64,000 nucleotides of DNA from a virus (taxonomy: Duplodnaviria; Caudoviricetes): the IMG/VR virus record IMGVR_UViG_3300015214_000001, positions 96,001 through 160,000 of that record, one strand, 5' to 3'. Shown here piece by piece: positions 28,757 through 38,620 of the stretch. The first letter of the stretch is position 1, and each line of letters starts with the position of its first letter. The notes under the pieces are model-generated. The model made no database searches. It was not told the DNA's origin and saw only the letters and a list, made by a program, of their open reading frames with translations. The translations under genes were made by a program, and so were the position numbers.

Positions 28757-29692
28757 ATGATGCCGTACACAGTTCTCAATCAAAAGCAAGGTAAAAACTG
28801 GACATTATTTTTAGGTGATAGTTGCGTTGTCACAAAGGGGATACCTGACAATTCGGTAGACATGAGCATATTTTCACCACCATTTGATAGCCTATTTGTA
28901 TTTTCCGATCTTATTGCTGATATGAGTAATTCATCGGGGGATGAATTTACTAAGCATTTTAGATTTTTGGTTAAAGAACTACTCAGGGTCACTGCGCCAG
29001 GTCGCTTATGTGTCGTTCACTGCATGGATTTGCCTATTTTTAAACATGCTTCGGGAAAGTCGGGATTACGTGATTTTCCAGGTGAAATTATTAGGGCATT
29101 TGTAGAAGAAGGATGGGCATATCATAGCAAGGTTACTATTTGGAAAAACCCAAAGACTGAAATGCACAGAACAAAATCACATGGCCTTCTGCACAAAACA
29201 TTTGAGGGCGATTCCGCGTCATGTCGTCAAGGCGTGCCTGATTACCTAGTTGTTTTCAAAAAACACCCCACAGAGGGACAAACCCGAGTTATTAAGGATT
29301 TAAAGGTTGGAGAATACATCGGCACAGATGCACCGCCAACCACCCTATCAAAGAGAGAACACTCTATTGCTGTGTGGGAGCGATACGCATCACCTGTTTG
29401 GTTTGACATAGACCAAGGCAGGGTATTAAATGTACTACAATCAAAAAGTAACCATGATGAAAAACACATTTCACCCTTACAGTTAGATGTTATTGGCAGA
29501 TGTATTCATTTGTGGTCTAATGAGGGTGATGTTATCTTTAGTCCATTTGCTGGAATTGGTAGCGAAGGCTATGAGGCTATCCGATTGGATAGGAAGTTTG
29601 TCGGCATTGAATTAAAAGAAGAATACTATAATGTCGCATGTCAATATTTAGAAAAGGCTGAATTGGAACGCAACACCCCTATGTTGCTGTAG
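28757..29692 (+). CDS. DNA methyltransferase (N4-C/N6-A family)
   Basis: FSPPF catalytic motif, SPFAGIGS SAM-binding motif, GIELK. Confidence 0.92.
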   Translation: MMPYTVLNQKQGKNWTLFLGDSCVVTKGIPDNSVDMSIFSPPFDSLFVFSDLIADMSNSSGDEFTKHFRFLVKELLRVTAPGRLCVVHCMDLPIFKHASGKSGLRDFPGEIIRAFVEEGWAYHSKVTIWKNPKTEMHRTKSHGLLHKTFEGDSASCRQGVPDYLVVFKKHPTEGQTRVIKDLKVGEYIGTDAPPTTLSKREHSIAVWERYASPVWFDIDQGRVLNVLQSKSNHDEKHISPLQLDVIGRCIHLWSNEGDVIFSPFAGIGSEGYEAIRLDRKFVGIELKEEYYNVACQYLEKAELERNTPMLL

Positions 29693-29716
29693 GGGTGTTA
29701 TATTGGAGGCAAGAAT

Positions 29717-30016
29717 GTGAAAAACTGGATGAAAGAAGCGTTCATAGAAGGAATTTATAGATTGGTTAATCCGTTTCGCCAATCGAGTTTTGATCTCTAT
29801 GATATAGAAGAATTTGATATAATGACCGAAGAAGAAATAGAGAGACTAGTCTGGTCTGATACCATAGATAACTTATATGGGACAATTTCAGAATATGAAC
29901 GAGGAAGAAAAGACAACACATCCCAATGTGTATATTGCGGGAAAACAATATATATTGGCGAGGAAACTTGCAGTTGTTGTGAAGAAGAACTTTCATTAGG
30001 AGAAAGAGATGAGTAA
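29717..30016 (+). CDS. hypothetical protein with C-terminal Zn ribbon
   Basis: CVYC...CSCC. Confidence 0.6.
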   Translation: MKNWMKEAFIEGIYRLVNPFRQSSFDLYDIEEFDIMTEEEIERLVWSDTIDNLYGTISEYERGRKDNTSQCVYCGKTIYIGEETCSCCEEELSLGERDE

Positions 30017-30396
30017 TGGTTGACATAAAAACGCTATTGCAAGACTTATCACCTGATGAGCGACAAATTGTGACAGATTATAGCAATCACAAGAACTTTG
30101 AACTCCTTCTTGATGTCCTAGATATATATCCGCTAATTGATGTCAACAAAATGATAGATACTGCGCGTGCTTTCCGTTGGAAGCAACGTCATGATAATGT
30201 AGAGCTTGAGTTTTCCATCAACCATGATGGGTGCTATATTCATATCGGCGTTAGTGGTCTTGATGGCAATCATGAAACTTTTCTATTTGATGGGAAAATG
30301 TGGATGTGGAGGCACGCCCCGTTATCTTCGTTTAATCCAATTGCACAAGGTCAAATGCTAGTGAAAATGATTTTAGCAATTCGAGACGCAAGCTAA
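30016..30396 (+). CDS. hypothetical protein
   Basis: TAATG coupling to the upstream gene. Confidence 0.65.
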   Translation: MVDIKTLLQDLSPDERQIVTDYSNHKNFELLLDVLDIYPLIDVNKMIDTARAFRWKQRHDNVELEFSINHDGCYIHIGVSGLDGNHETFLFDGKMWMWRHAPLSSFNPIAQGQMLVKMILAIRDAS

Positions 30397-30501
30397 TTTG
30401 AAAAACGTAGAGTTACATGCTTGAGTAATGCCAGCTATTGTCTATATCTCATAAATTGATACAATGGCTGGTATTACTGGATTTATATAAGGAGAAAGCA
30501 A

Positions 30502-30870
30502 TTGTATCAATTTGAATGGGGAGAAGTTGTAAATAAATGGAGTGATAGTCATGTTATAGGATTGGTTGAATTACGCAATACTATAGCAAAAACGCCATAT
30601 AAGAGGTTAGCTCGTTTTGAAGCGACAAGAATAGGTAAGCGCAAGACAATTGATTTAGCAATAGAAATTCACGAAAAACATTTTGCAATAGGTGACGTGG
30701 AGATTCGCTATTGCTTTAAACCTAACCCCATTTATGTTGAAAAGTTGAGGATTGACATCAATGATAAGAAATCAATCGAAGCAGTTGTTATAAAAGAACT
30801 TGATCGCATCTATGCAGCTTTAAGGGAAGCAAGTTTAATCCTTATCAAAGATGTAGATCAAGAGAAATAA
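30502..30870 (+). CDS. hypothetical protein, tandem paralog 1
   Basis: Shares RKTIDL and YVEKLRIDINDKKSIE with 30986-31360. Confidence 0.75.
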   Translation: MYQFEWGEVVNKWSDSHVIGLVELRNTIAKTPYKRLARFEATRIGKRKTIDLAIEIHEKHFAIGDVEIRYCFKPNPIYVEKLRIDINDKKSIEAVVIKELDRIYAALREASLILIKDVDQEK

Positions 30871-30885
30871 CTATATTGCATCTAA

Positions 30886-30907
30886 AAAACGTGGAACTCC
30901 ACGTTTT
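30886..30907. promoter_or_regulatory. 22-bp palindrome copy (reverse orientation); degenerate copy at 30402-30423
   Basis: AAAACGTGGAACTCCACGTTTT just upstream of TTGTCT-N16-TACAAT. Confidence 0.7.
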
Positions 30908-30985
30908 TAGTAATATTGACTATTGTCTATATCTCAGGAGTTGATACAATAGTCAATATTGTTGAATTTATAGAAAGAAAAGCTA

Positions 30986-31360
30986 ATGTATAAAATTGAA
31001 TGGAAATATGAAACACCTTTAAAGCGAGATTTTGGCGAGCAATTGAACGCGGGTTACGTGTCATTTAGTAACCCACATGCGAAGATTACTGGACACCTTG
31101 CGTATTTTCGCGTGGATAAATTTAGTAATCGAAAGACGATTGATCTGTTTATTAACTATTACCCAATACGCTTTCAGAACGATGGCATAAAGGGAGAAGT
31201 TCGTTGTGATCCTTTAGCCTTCTATGTTGAAAAGTTGAGGATTGACATCAATGACAAGAAGTCAATCGAAACAGCAATCGCTAAAGAAATGAAACGCATC
31301 CAAGCGTTTTTAATAAAAATGAGTTCATTTGTCATCGAAGCATTAGACGAAAAGGAGTAA
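30986..31360 (+). CDS. hypothetical protein, tandem paralog 2
   Basis: Paralog of 30502-30870. Confidence 0.75.
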   Translation: MYKIEWKYETPLKRDFGEQLNAGYVSFSNPHAKITGHLAYFRVDKFSNRKTIDLFINYYPIRFQNDGIKGEVRCDPLAFYVEKLRIDINDKKSIETAIAKEMKRIQAFLIKMSSFVIEALDEKE

Positions 31361-31366
31361 AACATC

Positions 31367-31744
31367 ATGCCAAAAACACAAAGTACAACCCGAGAAGGGT
31401 TCATCGTCACCGTTTCGCATTTTGGCGACGAACTGCGATCTGTTGGAATTTCACACCCTAACAGACCAGCATTATTATTGGCGAATGCGGTTATCACAGA
31501 AATTAGGGCAACTGAGCTTGAAGCATACATCAATTGCGGTATTTGGATTAGTGAAAAGATTGCAAGTGATAAAGCCTTATCTGTCACAGTTGATACTGAA
31601 CATAACTTAGACATTATCCCTTATTCAGCAAGTGAAACAGAATTAATTGCTGAATACCTTGTTCCATTTGCAAAACAAAATTTTGCAGAATTTAAAAGAG
31701 AATGGGATAAAATGGTTGATATTGTTAATTCTCTCAATATTTAA
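31367..31744 (+). CDS. hypothetical protein
   Basis: AAGGAG SD. Confidence 0.7.
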   Translation: MPKTQSTTREGFIVTVSHFGDELRSVGISHPNRPALLLANAVITEIRATELEAYINCGIWISEKIASDKALSVTVDTEHNLDIIPYSASETELIAEYLVPFAKQNFAEFKREWDKMVDIVNSLNI

Positions 31745-31841
31745 CCCCCCCCACTAATTAGGGGTATCGTTAGTCAAACTCATATTGACGTGCTATCATT
31801 CTATTCATCAATATGAGTTTTTAATTACAGGAGATTAAACT

Positions 31842-32246
31842 ATGATCGCAGGACAACAAGCAACAAAAACATATATCAAAGACGCAGTGGTATATGCGCG
31901 ACCTACAAAAAACTTTCGTTTTTCATATGGGGGGGGTAAACCTTTACATTTGAAGCGTGGGTATGAACTCGCGCACACACCTGATTTTCAAGGCGCATGG
32001 GGTATTGAGACTCTAGCTTTTCATAACACCTACACGATCAAAAGCGTAGATGAAAATGGGGTAATTGAGTGCTTCAAACATGCTACTATTCAAGCCTTTA
32101 TCGCAGAAGAAGATGGTACACTTGAAACACTGGAAGGCCCAAGCGCATTTAAAGTCGGTGACTTTATTGCTATTGGATCAAAAGGTGAGATGTGGGTTGT
32201 TGGCGCTAAAGTTCGTGAGCAGTATAAAGAAGTTGCAGATAATTAA
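31842..32246 (+). CDS. PGDYG-like domain protein
   Basis: TLEG...VGDFIAIGSKGEMW pattern; in-frame G8 tract at 31929-31936. Confidence 0.55.
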   Translation: MIAGQQATKTYIKDAVVYARPTKNFRFSYGGGKPLHLKRGYELAHTPDFQGAWGIETLAFHNTYTIKSVDENGVIECFKHATIQAFIAEEDGTLETLEGPSAFKVGDFIAIGSKGEMWVVGAKVREQYKEVADN

Positions 32247-32264
32247 GGCCGTATGATATATTTA

Positions 32265-32296
32265 AAAAGCGCCTATGGCAGATCATAGGCGCTTTT
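32265..32296. terminator. bidirectional terminator ending the tail operon
   Basis: AAAAGCGCCTATG/CATAGGCGCTTTT between convergent genes. Confidence 0.85.
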
Positions 32297-32300
32297 GCTT

Positions 32301-32657
32301 TTATAACGCTTTAGTCATCGGAGTGACAAACCACTCGCTACCAGATGATATGATGTGATACACAAACTCATCTACCCCACCCACATTTAAAGTCGCAGTG
32401 AAACTTTTACCAATATCTTCTGGGTTTCCAAATATAGCAGATAATTCACCTTTTGTCGGCGGCGTTGACGTTATTGCCTCTGAGTATATGTGATTGATCG
32501 GTTGCCATTTCATCATATCGCTAACGACATAAAGCGTCTGTGTATTGTTATCCCAATACCATGCTTGCCTTGATGGTGGTGTAGAAGGAAAGTCATCATT
32601 GCCATGTCGATTAGCATGTATTGTTACTTTTGGCAAAACCTCATATTTTGAAAACAT
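32301..32657 (-). CDS. small tail-associated protein
   Basis: Last gene of the tail cluster; FP..P...W...TLYV...W motif. Confidence 0.5.
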   Translation of the reverse strand: MFSKYEVLPKVTIHANRHGNDDFPSTPPSRQAWYWDNNTQTLYVVSDMMKWQPINHIYSEAITSTPPTKGELSAIFGNPEDIGKSFTATLNVGGVDEFVYHIISSGSEWFVTPMTKAL

Positions 32658-32674
32658 TTCTTGTTCGCCTTGAC

Positions 32675-33622
32675 CTAAAGTTGTTCTCTAGCGCTATACC
32701 AAGTGATATTCTGCGTGTAGCTTAATATTGAAAATGAGTTTGACGTGTAATTTGCTATGAATAGGTATAAACCGACATCATTTTGTTGGCTATAGAATGG
32801 AACGTTAACATTAACTGCATATTTATATTGCTCGGCATATTCAGGGTACTCAGGAGGATAATATTCCGCAACATAATTGACTAGTTGAGCATTACTCATA
32901 TCAATATCCGAGTCGTGATCTTGTATTTTAAAATATATCCCAAATGTGACTGAGCTTCCACCACTAGGCAATGATAAAAGTATGTTTGCCTGTATATTGC
33001 CAAAGTTAGTATAGGGTAATATAGGCCCATTCCCGTCATCAGGCATTGCACGCCATACAGTAGTACCATCTATTTCTGTAATAAACGTATTGTTTGAACC
33101 GTTGATAATTGAATGCCTTAAAGTACCGTTATTCGAATCAGGCTGTAACACAACCTTCCAGTTCTCATTCATGCTATCATACGTAGGGATAGAAATTGGC
33201 GATGATCCGAAGTTATCGTAATAACCGCTGCCTAAAATATATCTATTACTCCACCCATTAGATATAGAGTCTTGCGTGACAACTAACGCCTCACCAATTC
33301 TAATAAGTGTAGTTGCCACGTCATTAAGCTCTTCTAGTTGGTTTGGTGGCTTAGGTGTGTTATACCAAGTATCAGTAAGAGCGTCATAACTTAATATATT
33401 TCCATCTTGCGGCGATGCGATGTCTACATCATCTAAATCAGCAAGACTTCCCCCACTTCCGCTCCCCCCACCACTGAGGTTAGTCACTGTCCCATTGTCA
33501 AAAATAACATTTACAGTTTTATTGTTACGAATAAACAACCTAGCTTGTCCCGCGTCAGGAGTTGGTGGATTAACGCTTTGCTCTGATAACTCGATATTGA
33601 TGTCAGTTACTTTTGTTGTCAT
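32675..33622 (-). CDS. fibre/receptor-binding paralog D (intact; G6 in linker)
   Basis: PTPDAGQARLFIRNNKTVNVIFDNG, LADLDDV..DGNILSY..W. Confidence 0.75.
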   Translation of the reverse strand: MTTKVTDINIELSEQSVNPPTPDAGQARLFIRNNKTVNVIFDNGTVTNLSGGGSGSGGSLADLDDVDIASPQDGNILSYDALTDTWYNTPKPPNQLEELNDVATTLIRIGEALVVTQDSISNGWSNRYILGSGYYDNFGSSPISIPTYDSMNENWKVVLQPDSNNGTLRHSIINGSNNTFITEIDGTTVWRAMPDDGNGPILPYTNFGNIQANILLSLPSGGSSVTFGIYFKIQDHDSDIDMSNAQLVNYVAEYYPPEYPEYAEQYKYAVNVNVPFYSQQNDVGLYLFIANYTSNSFSILSYTQNITWYSAREQL

Positions 33623-33637
33623 TTTATATTTATCCTA

Positions 33638-36166
33638 TTAGCTAATTGCTGTCCATGTAACTTGTTGATTAAATGTAATGCTTATACTATCACTGCCATT
33701 ATTGACAACATAGAAATAATAAAATCTTGGGTTCAATTCGCCACCAGACCATAATGCAATTTGATTGCATTGTAATGGGTATGTATTATCTGCTGGCGCA
33801 TAGTCGTTATTATGATGCGCCGCGATTTTTGTTCCACCTGATGGCGTTACATTCAAGTTATCGGCAGTAACATCTTGGTAGAATACCTCAAATTCTGCTG
33901 AACTATTGCTTACAGCGCTTATTGATAAGTTAAAGTTACCGACTGCGCTCGATGCTAAAACAGGGTTGATTGATGTAAGCACAAACTCATCAATATCATA
34001 CTCATGTGTTATGTTTGCAGTCTCTAAATGCGTATCAGCATAGGGGTCAAATGATAGCACTGCACTACCCGATTGCGGGATAACAATTGACCTTGAACGC
34101 ACTACCGCATATGTTGTTCCAGCTTCAACCAAACTTACTCTACTCGCTAGTTGATTAATAGCTTCTTGTGCATTATCTGGATTTTCATTATTGATCCAAT
34201 CATTCAAATCGGTGGCTGTATGCGCGATGCGAACTGTATTATCAAAATCAAGAGCCGATTTAATGATTAATTCACCACCTGGCTCAATTGTAATACTTCC
34301 GTTTTCTGTATAGTCTACTGCACCATAATAAACCACTTGATGGTTTGCAAGAATTGTATAATCATCATCAATTAGCGTATTAGATGAGAAGAACCCTGTT
34401 AATGCTTGTGAACCACTTTCAATCGTTTTTACCCTAGACGCAAGTTGATCTAAACCACCTTGTACATAATCGGGGATATTTCCAGTTTCCCAATCTGTAC
34501 TTTCATCTGGCGTATAGGTAACAGTGGTTGCATCACCCCCACCTGTATCATTTTCAATAACTTCTACTCTGGCGGCTAACTCATCTAAAGCCGAACCGAT
34601 GATATTTGGCACAGTATCCCAATTATCATCATCATCAGGTGCATATCGAATAACAGACGCGCCTAATGCGATCACACTGGCTAGGTTATCTAGTGCTTCT
34701 CTGACATCATCAGGCGCTCCAACGATATTGACCCAATCCGCTGGCGTTGTTGGTGCGTAAGAGACAGCTTGTGATGTTCCATTAAAAGTAGCGCTAACAA
34801 TAAGCGCCTGTATGTTGCCTGGTGGGTCATTCTTGACGATATTAATGCCGTTACCTGGCCATATTTTCCCTTCGAGGAAATTGGATTGAAAGTCAGTGGC
34901 AGATACTCTTACTGTGGATAGCTGAGACTCGATGTTTGTTGTTCTGCCTTCTAGGGTGTGTGTTCTTAATGCTAGTCTATCTAATGCCAATTTAACATTA
35001 GCTGGTGAGACACCACCCCAATTGACTTGATTAGCATCTGTATAAGTTACATTAGCCGCATCAGGGTTTGTTGTACTTGACTCCACCGCTTTCAATCGGC
35101 TGGCTAACTGGTCAAGCGCATTATCTGTATCGCCAGGATCAATTCCACCATTCCAGTCTGATAAGTTGGCTGGTGTATAAACAACATCAGCGGCATCAAT
35201 AGCTAAACGATTAATCGTAATTGTTCTGTTAGAGCCAGCAGATTCTACTAGCTGAATACCTGTTCCAGAAAGTAGTTTTTGTCCCAAAAATCCAGATGTT
35301 GAATCGTTAGATGATGTTCTGACAGTACCTTCACCAAATGACTCAACGATTTTCAAGCGACTGGCTAATTGGTCAAGTGCATTATTTGTATTGCCTGGAT
35401 CAATCCCGCCATTCCAGTTAGCTGGCGTATTAGGAACATAACCAACAAATGAAGCATCTAACCCGTTCTGAATGCGATTTGCTAAATAATCAAGCGCCGC
35501 TTTAACTTGCTCAGGGTCAATGCCACCCCAGTTAGCTAATGTGGTAGGAGTAAATGACACCTGTTCAGCAATTGGAGCAACTGTCCCTGCTTCAATTAAT
35601 GTCACACGGCTGGCTAACTGGTCAAGCGCATCATTAACTTCACCTGGGTTAATATCCCCGTCCCAATTGGTTATATCATCAGCCGTGTAATTAACAACAC
35701 TGGCATTGATAGGGAAATTATTTTCAACAACCCTGAGCCTTGCAGCTAATTGGTCTAAACCAGTTTGAACTTCTGCTGGCGCGGGTAAATTCCAATTTGC
35801 AGAAGTTAGAGGGGTATATGTGGTTTCAAGAGCAGAGCCACCCTCAGCATTAATAGTCAATAGCTCATTAGTTGATCCTGACTTTACTAATGAAACGTTA
35901 TTACCTGCAAGTAACTTTTGCTCTAAAGTGCCAGGTGTTTCATCAGCAGTGCTAATTGCCACTGTATTTGCACCCGCAGAAGCAATTGCCGATATTTGAA
36001 TAGATCGGTTGCCACCTTGCGTAATAATATCAAATGACACATTATCGCCAGCAAGTATTTTATCAATAAGATACCCTGCTGTTGCATCATCATTATCTGT
36101 TTTTACGCTCTCGTTATACCTGAGAACATCAACAGCGCTATTCGGCTTTAATATTGATATAGCCAT
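33638..36166 (-). CDS. long repeat-rich tail fibre protein
   Basis: 10 copies of Y-x-P..W..P..ALDQLAxR and 4 copies of D..G.L..KLL.G; C-terminal domain resembles paralogs A-D. Confidence 0.75.
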   Translation of the reverse strand: MAISILKPNSAVDVLRYNESVKTDNDDATAGYLIDKILAGDNVSFDIITQGGNRSIQISAIASAGANTVAISTADETPGTLEQKLLAGNNVSLVKSGSTNELLTINAEGGSALETTYTPLTSANWNLPAPAEVQTGLDQLAARLRVVENNFPINASVVNYTADDITNWDGDINPGEVNDALDQLASRVTLIEAGTVAPIAEQVSFTPTTLANWGGIDPEQVKAALDYLANRIQNGLDASFVGYVPNTPANWNGGIDPGNTNNALDQLASRLKIVESFGEGTVRTSSNDSTSGFLGQKLLSGTGIQLVESAGSNRTITINRLAIDAADVVYTPANLSDWNGGIDPGDTDNALDQLASRLKAVESSTTNPDAANVTYTDANQVNWGGVSPANVKLALDRLALRTHTLEGRTTNIESQLSTVRVSATDFQSNFLEGKIWPGNGINIVKNDPPGNIQALIVSATFNGTSQAVSYAPTTPADWVNIVGAPDDVREALDNLASVIALGASVIRYAPDDDDNWDTVPNIIGSALDELAARVEVIENDTGGGDATTVTYTPDESTDWETGNIPDYVQGGLDQLASRVKTIESGSQALTGFFSSNTLIDDDYTILANHQVVYYGAVDYTENGSITIEPGGELIIKSALDFDNTVRIAHTATDLNDWINNENPDNAQEAINQLASRVSLVEAGTTYAVVRSRSIVIPQSGSAVLSFDPYADTHLETANITHEYDIDEFVLTSINPVLASSAVGNFNLSISAVSNSSAEFEVFYQDVTADNLNVTPSGGTKIAAHHNNDYAPADNTYPLQCNQIALWSGGELNPRFYYFYVVNNGSDSISITFNQQVTWTAIS

Positions 36167-36480
36167 TATTCTATCTCCGCATAGCTAACCCAATAACCAA
36201 TCGCACTAGGTTGATCGCTCTGCCCAGTGACACTACCATTAGCTATCAATGTTAATTTCGTGTCAAATGTTAAGCTCTCATCTGGTTTAAGGTCTACGTT
36301 GATTATCCGAACAGGATTTATGTTTCCATCATATAGTGATATTCTTACATTTGCATCCTCAGTAGCATGGTTATTATGAAATATCATACTAAAGACGATA
36401 CGTGTATTGGGGCTTGATAATAAAATCGTGCCAGAGCTAGTTGATAGTGATCCGTGACTCTCTTTTAGTTGTATCGCCAT
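36166..36480 (-). CDS. small virion structural protein
   Basis: Beta-rich, within the tail cluster, translationally coupled. Confidence 0.55.
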   Translation of the reverse strand: MAIQLKESHGSLSTSSGTILLSSPNTRIVFSMIFHNNHATEDANVRISLYDGNINPVRIINVDLKPDESLTFDTKLTLIANGSVTGQSDQPSAIGYWVSYAEIE

Positions 36481-36483
36481 GTT

Positions 36484-36963
36484 TTACCATCCTAATATTG
36501 CGAATATCATCGCATCTTGACTTTCAGAACCACCGCTACTAGGCTTCCAGTCGATGCCCGTTGTTGTTGAGCTATCTGCTGTCAACACCTCGCCATTTGA
36601 GCCAACTCCAATTGATGATAAGTTTGTACCATCGTAGACAAGAACCGCGCCTTTAGAAGTAGTTGTTACATTAACCCCATCTAAATCATTTAATTCTAAG
36701 GAGTCGTTTACCCAGACTGTGCCGTTATAGCGTAAAATCTGCCCATTAGCTGGAGTTGTTAACGTGACATCATTCAAATCACTTAAAGATGTAGCGCTCC
36801 CACCTCCACCAACAGGGATTATCGAGTTGTCATCTAACCTAATATATAAAGCACTATTTTTAATATATAAATGCGAAAATCCAGCCAGCGGTATATATGA
36901 AGAGTCATCTGGTCTGTTTTGTAAGTTTAAAAATTCTACATTCGCTTCACTAATTCTTGCCAT
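36484..36963 (-). CDS. fibre connector protein
   Basis: LSDLNDV..NGQILRY..W repeat; GSNGEVLTADS...W motif. Confidence 0.6.
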   Translation of the reverse strand: MARISEANVEFLNLQNRPDDSSYIPLAGFSHLYIKNSALYIRLDDNSIIPVGGGGSATSLSDLNDVTLTTPANGQILRYNGTVWVNDSLELNDLDGVNVTTTSKGAVLVYDGTNLSSIGVGSNGEVLTADSSTTTGIDWKPSSGGSESQDAMIFAILGW

Positions 36964-37005
36964 AATTTCACCTAATGATTTGTTTCATAGGAATGGTCTA
37001 TGTGT

Positions 37006-37671
37006 TTAATAATCCTCAGTCATAACATTTCCATCAGCGTCTACTAATACTTCCCCATCTGCTGTTAATATTAAGTTTGCAGGGAAGTGTATGGCCCATT
37101 TCATACCAAGTGTTTCATTGCTATCTACTACTAATGCAAGATCATCATTACCAACTGGTAAACGGTTAAATAAACTGCCGTTACTAGCCATAATGTCGCC
37201 TTTAGCTTGGGTGAATTGTGCGACATCGACCAGATCACCAAGTGCGCTTACTTTTATTGCGGGTATCCATTGCCCTGATATGATGTCATACGCAATAGTT
37301 CTACCATCTGCAACGCCTGTTACGTTCACATCCAATAATTGACTAAAGTTTCTGGGAATAGCACTTGCTTGCCATAAACCAGTCGCACTGTTATAAGTCA
37401 GAACTTGCCCATTTTGTGCTGCTATGACATCAACGTCTGTCAGATCATTTAGCGTGGTTGCGCCACCCCCCCCCCCACCTGATGAAAATTGTATCCAAGC
37501 ATCGCCATCAGCATTGGTAAGATATAAAGCGCCATTTCCATCCGTGCCACCATCAGCAGCCCAATATACATCCCCGAAGCCTTCGGGGACAGGTGGTAAC
37601 GCAACATCCTCACCACCATCTAGCCGCGATTTATGTAATGTATTAAATGGCAAACTATCGTGAAAAGGCAT
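37006..37671 (-). CDS. fibre connector protein with in-frame G11 tract (37466-37476)
   Basis: SSGGGGG linker followed by LNDLTDV..NGQVLTY..W repeats. Confidence 0.65.
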   Translation of the reverse strand: MPFHDSLPFNTLHKSRLDGGEDVALPPVPEGFGDVYWAADGGTDGNGALYLTNADGDAWIQFSSGGGGGGATTLNDLTDVDVIAAQNGQVLTYNSATGLWQASAIPRNFSQLLDVNVTGVADGRTIAYDIISGQWIPAIKVSALGDLVDVAQFTQAKGDIMASNGSLFNRLPVGNDDLALVVDSNETLGMKWAIHFPANLILTADGEVLVDADGNVMTEDY

Positions 37672-37731
37672 GACATGACCACCTAAATCTTTTTATTTAA
37701 TAGGTATTGTAGCATGGTTTGAAGCGGGTTT

Positions 37732-38616
37732 TTAAATATATACAACATTTCCAGTTAAGGGGTCAACAACAACTTCACCGTTAGCAGTAACTATATTATC
37801 TAAATTGCTACCATCGCCGTTACCCCCACCAAGCGCTAAGTATTCTTGTAGCGGGATAACGTTTCTTCTTGTTATCTCCGACATGCCATGTGTTAATTGA
37901 ACATATCCAGTTCTAAAACACCCATTGTCAGCATGAGGAACATAGTCACCTGTTTGGCTGTCTAAGGTTAGAACTTGCGAAAAACTTAACTGTGACGGAA
38001 ATATCTCACCATACTTATATTCAAGCTGTTCAGTTTCAAAGTTGACTTGCACTAAAACATATCGGCTACGCAAGTTAGCGATTGGCACTTGGGCATTATG
38101 TGGTGCGATTCCCCAATCAACTGTTTGCATTGTGTTAATGTACTTAAAAACATCATTTAACCGATATGCCCCTTGTATGACCTTAGCTTTCATGCTTGGT
38201 GGAAATGTAGCTGTTAGTAGACCTGGCGCTAATTTTTCATAATAATAAATTACTTCATCTTCTTGCGTCACGCCGTCAAAGAATTGTTGAGCAAAGCGGC
38301 TGTCAAGCTGTATAATTTCCCACTCGCCGCTTAAGGCATCTTTTCTTACGCGAATAGGGGTATTATATCGAATTTGCCATGACGCTAATGCTCCAGGCTG
38401 CATATTCGCTTCGCCTTGATAACCTGTGCCACCTGCTTCATGGAAATAATATCTATTTGGTAAGTCACTGCGATCAGTTGGCACTTGAACATGAACTTGA
38501 CCATTTTCATCCATATACCCAAGTCGTGCAGAAAATGGTTTACGAATAGCATCGCCTAAAACATCATCTAGGCTTCTTTTAAATCTATTAAGATCATCTA
38601 AATAATCGTCTGGCAT
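37732..38616 (-). CDS. tail tip/baseplate-associated protein
   Basis: Position after the hub gene; C-terminal IVTANGEVVVD..GNV motif shared with 37006-37671. Confidence 0.55.
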   Translation of the reverse strand: MPDDYLDDLNRFKRSLDDVLGDAIRKPFSARLGYMDENGQVHVQVPTDRSDLPNRYYFHEAGGTGYQGEANMQPGALASWQIRYNTPIRVRKDALSGEWEIIQLDSRFAQQFFDGVTQEDEVIYYYEKLAPGLLTATFPPSMKAKVIQGAYRLNDVFKYINTMQTVDWGIAPHNAQVPIANLRSRYVLVQVNFETEQLEYKYGEIFPSQLSFSQVLTLDSQTGDYVPHADNGCFRTGYVQLTHGMSEITRRNVIPLQEYLALGGGNGDGSNLDNIVTANGEVVVDPLTGNVVYI

Positions 38617-38620
38617 TTAT

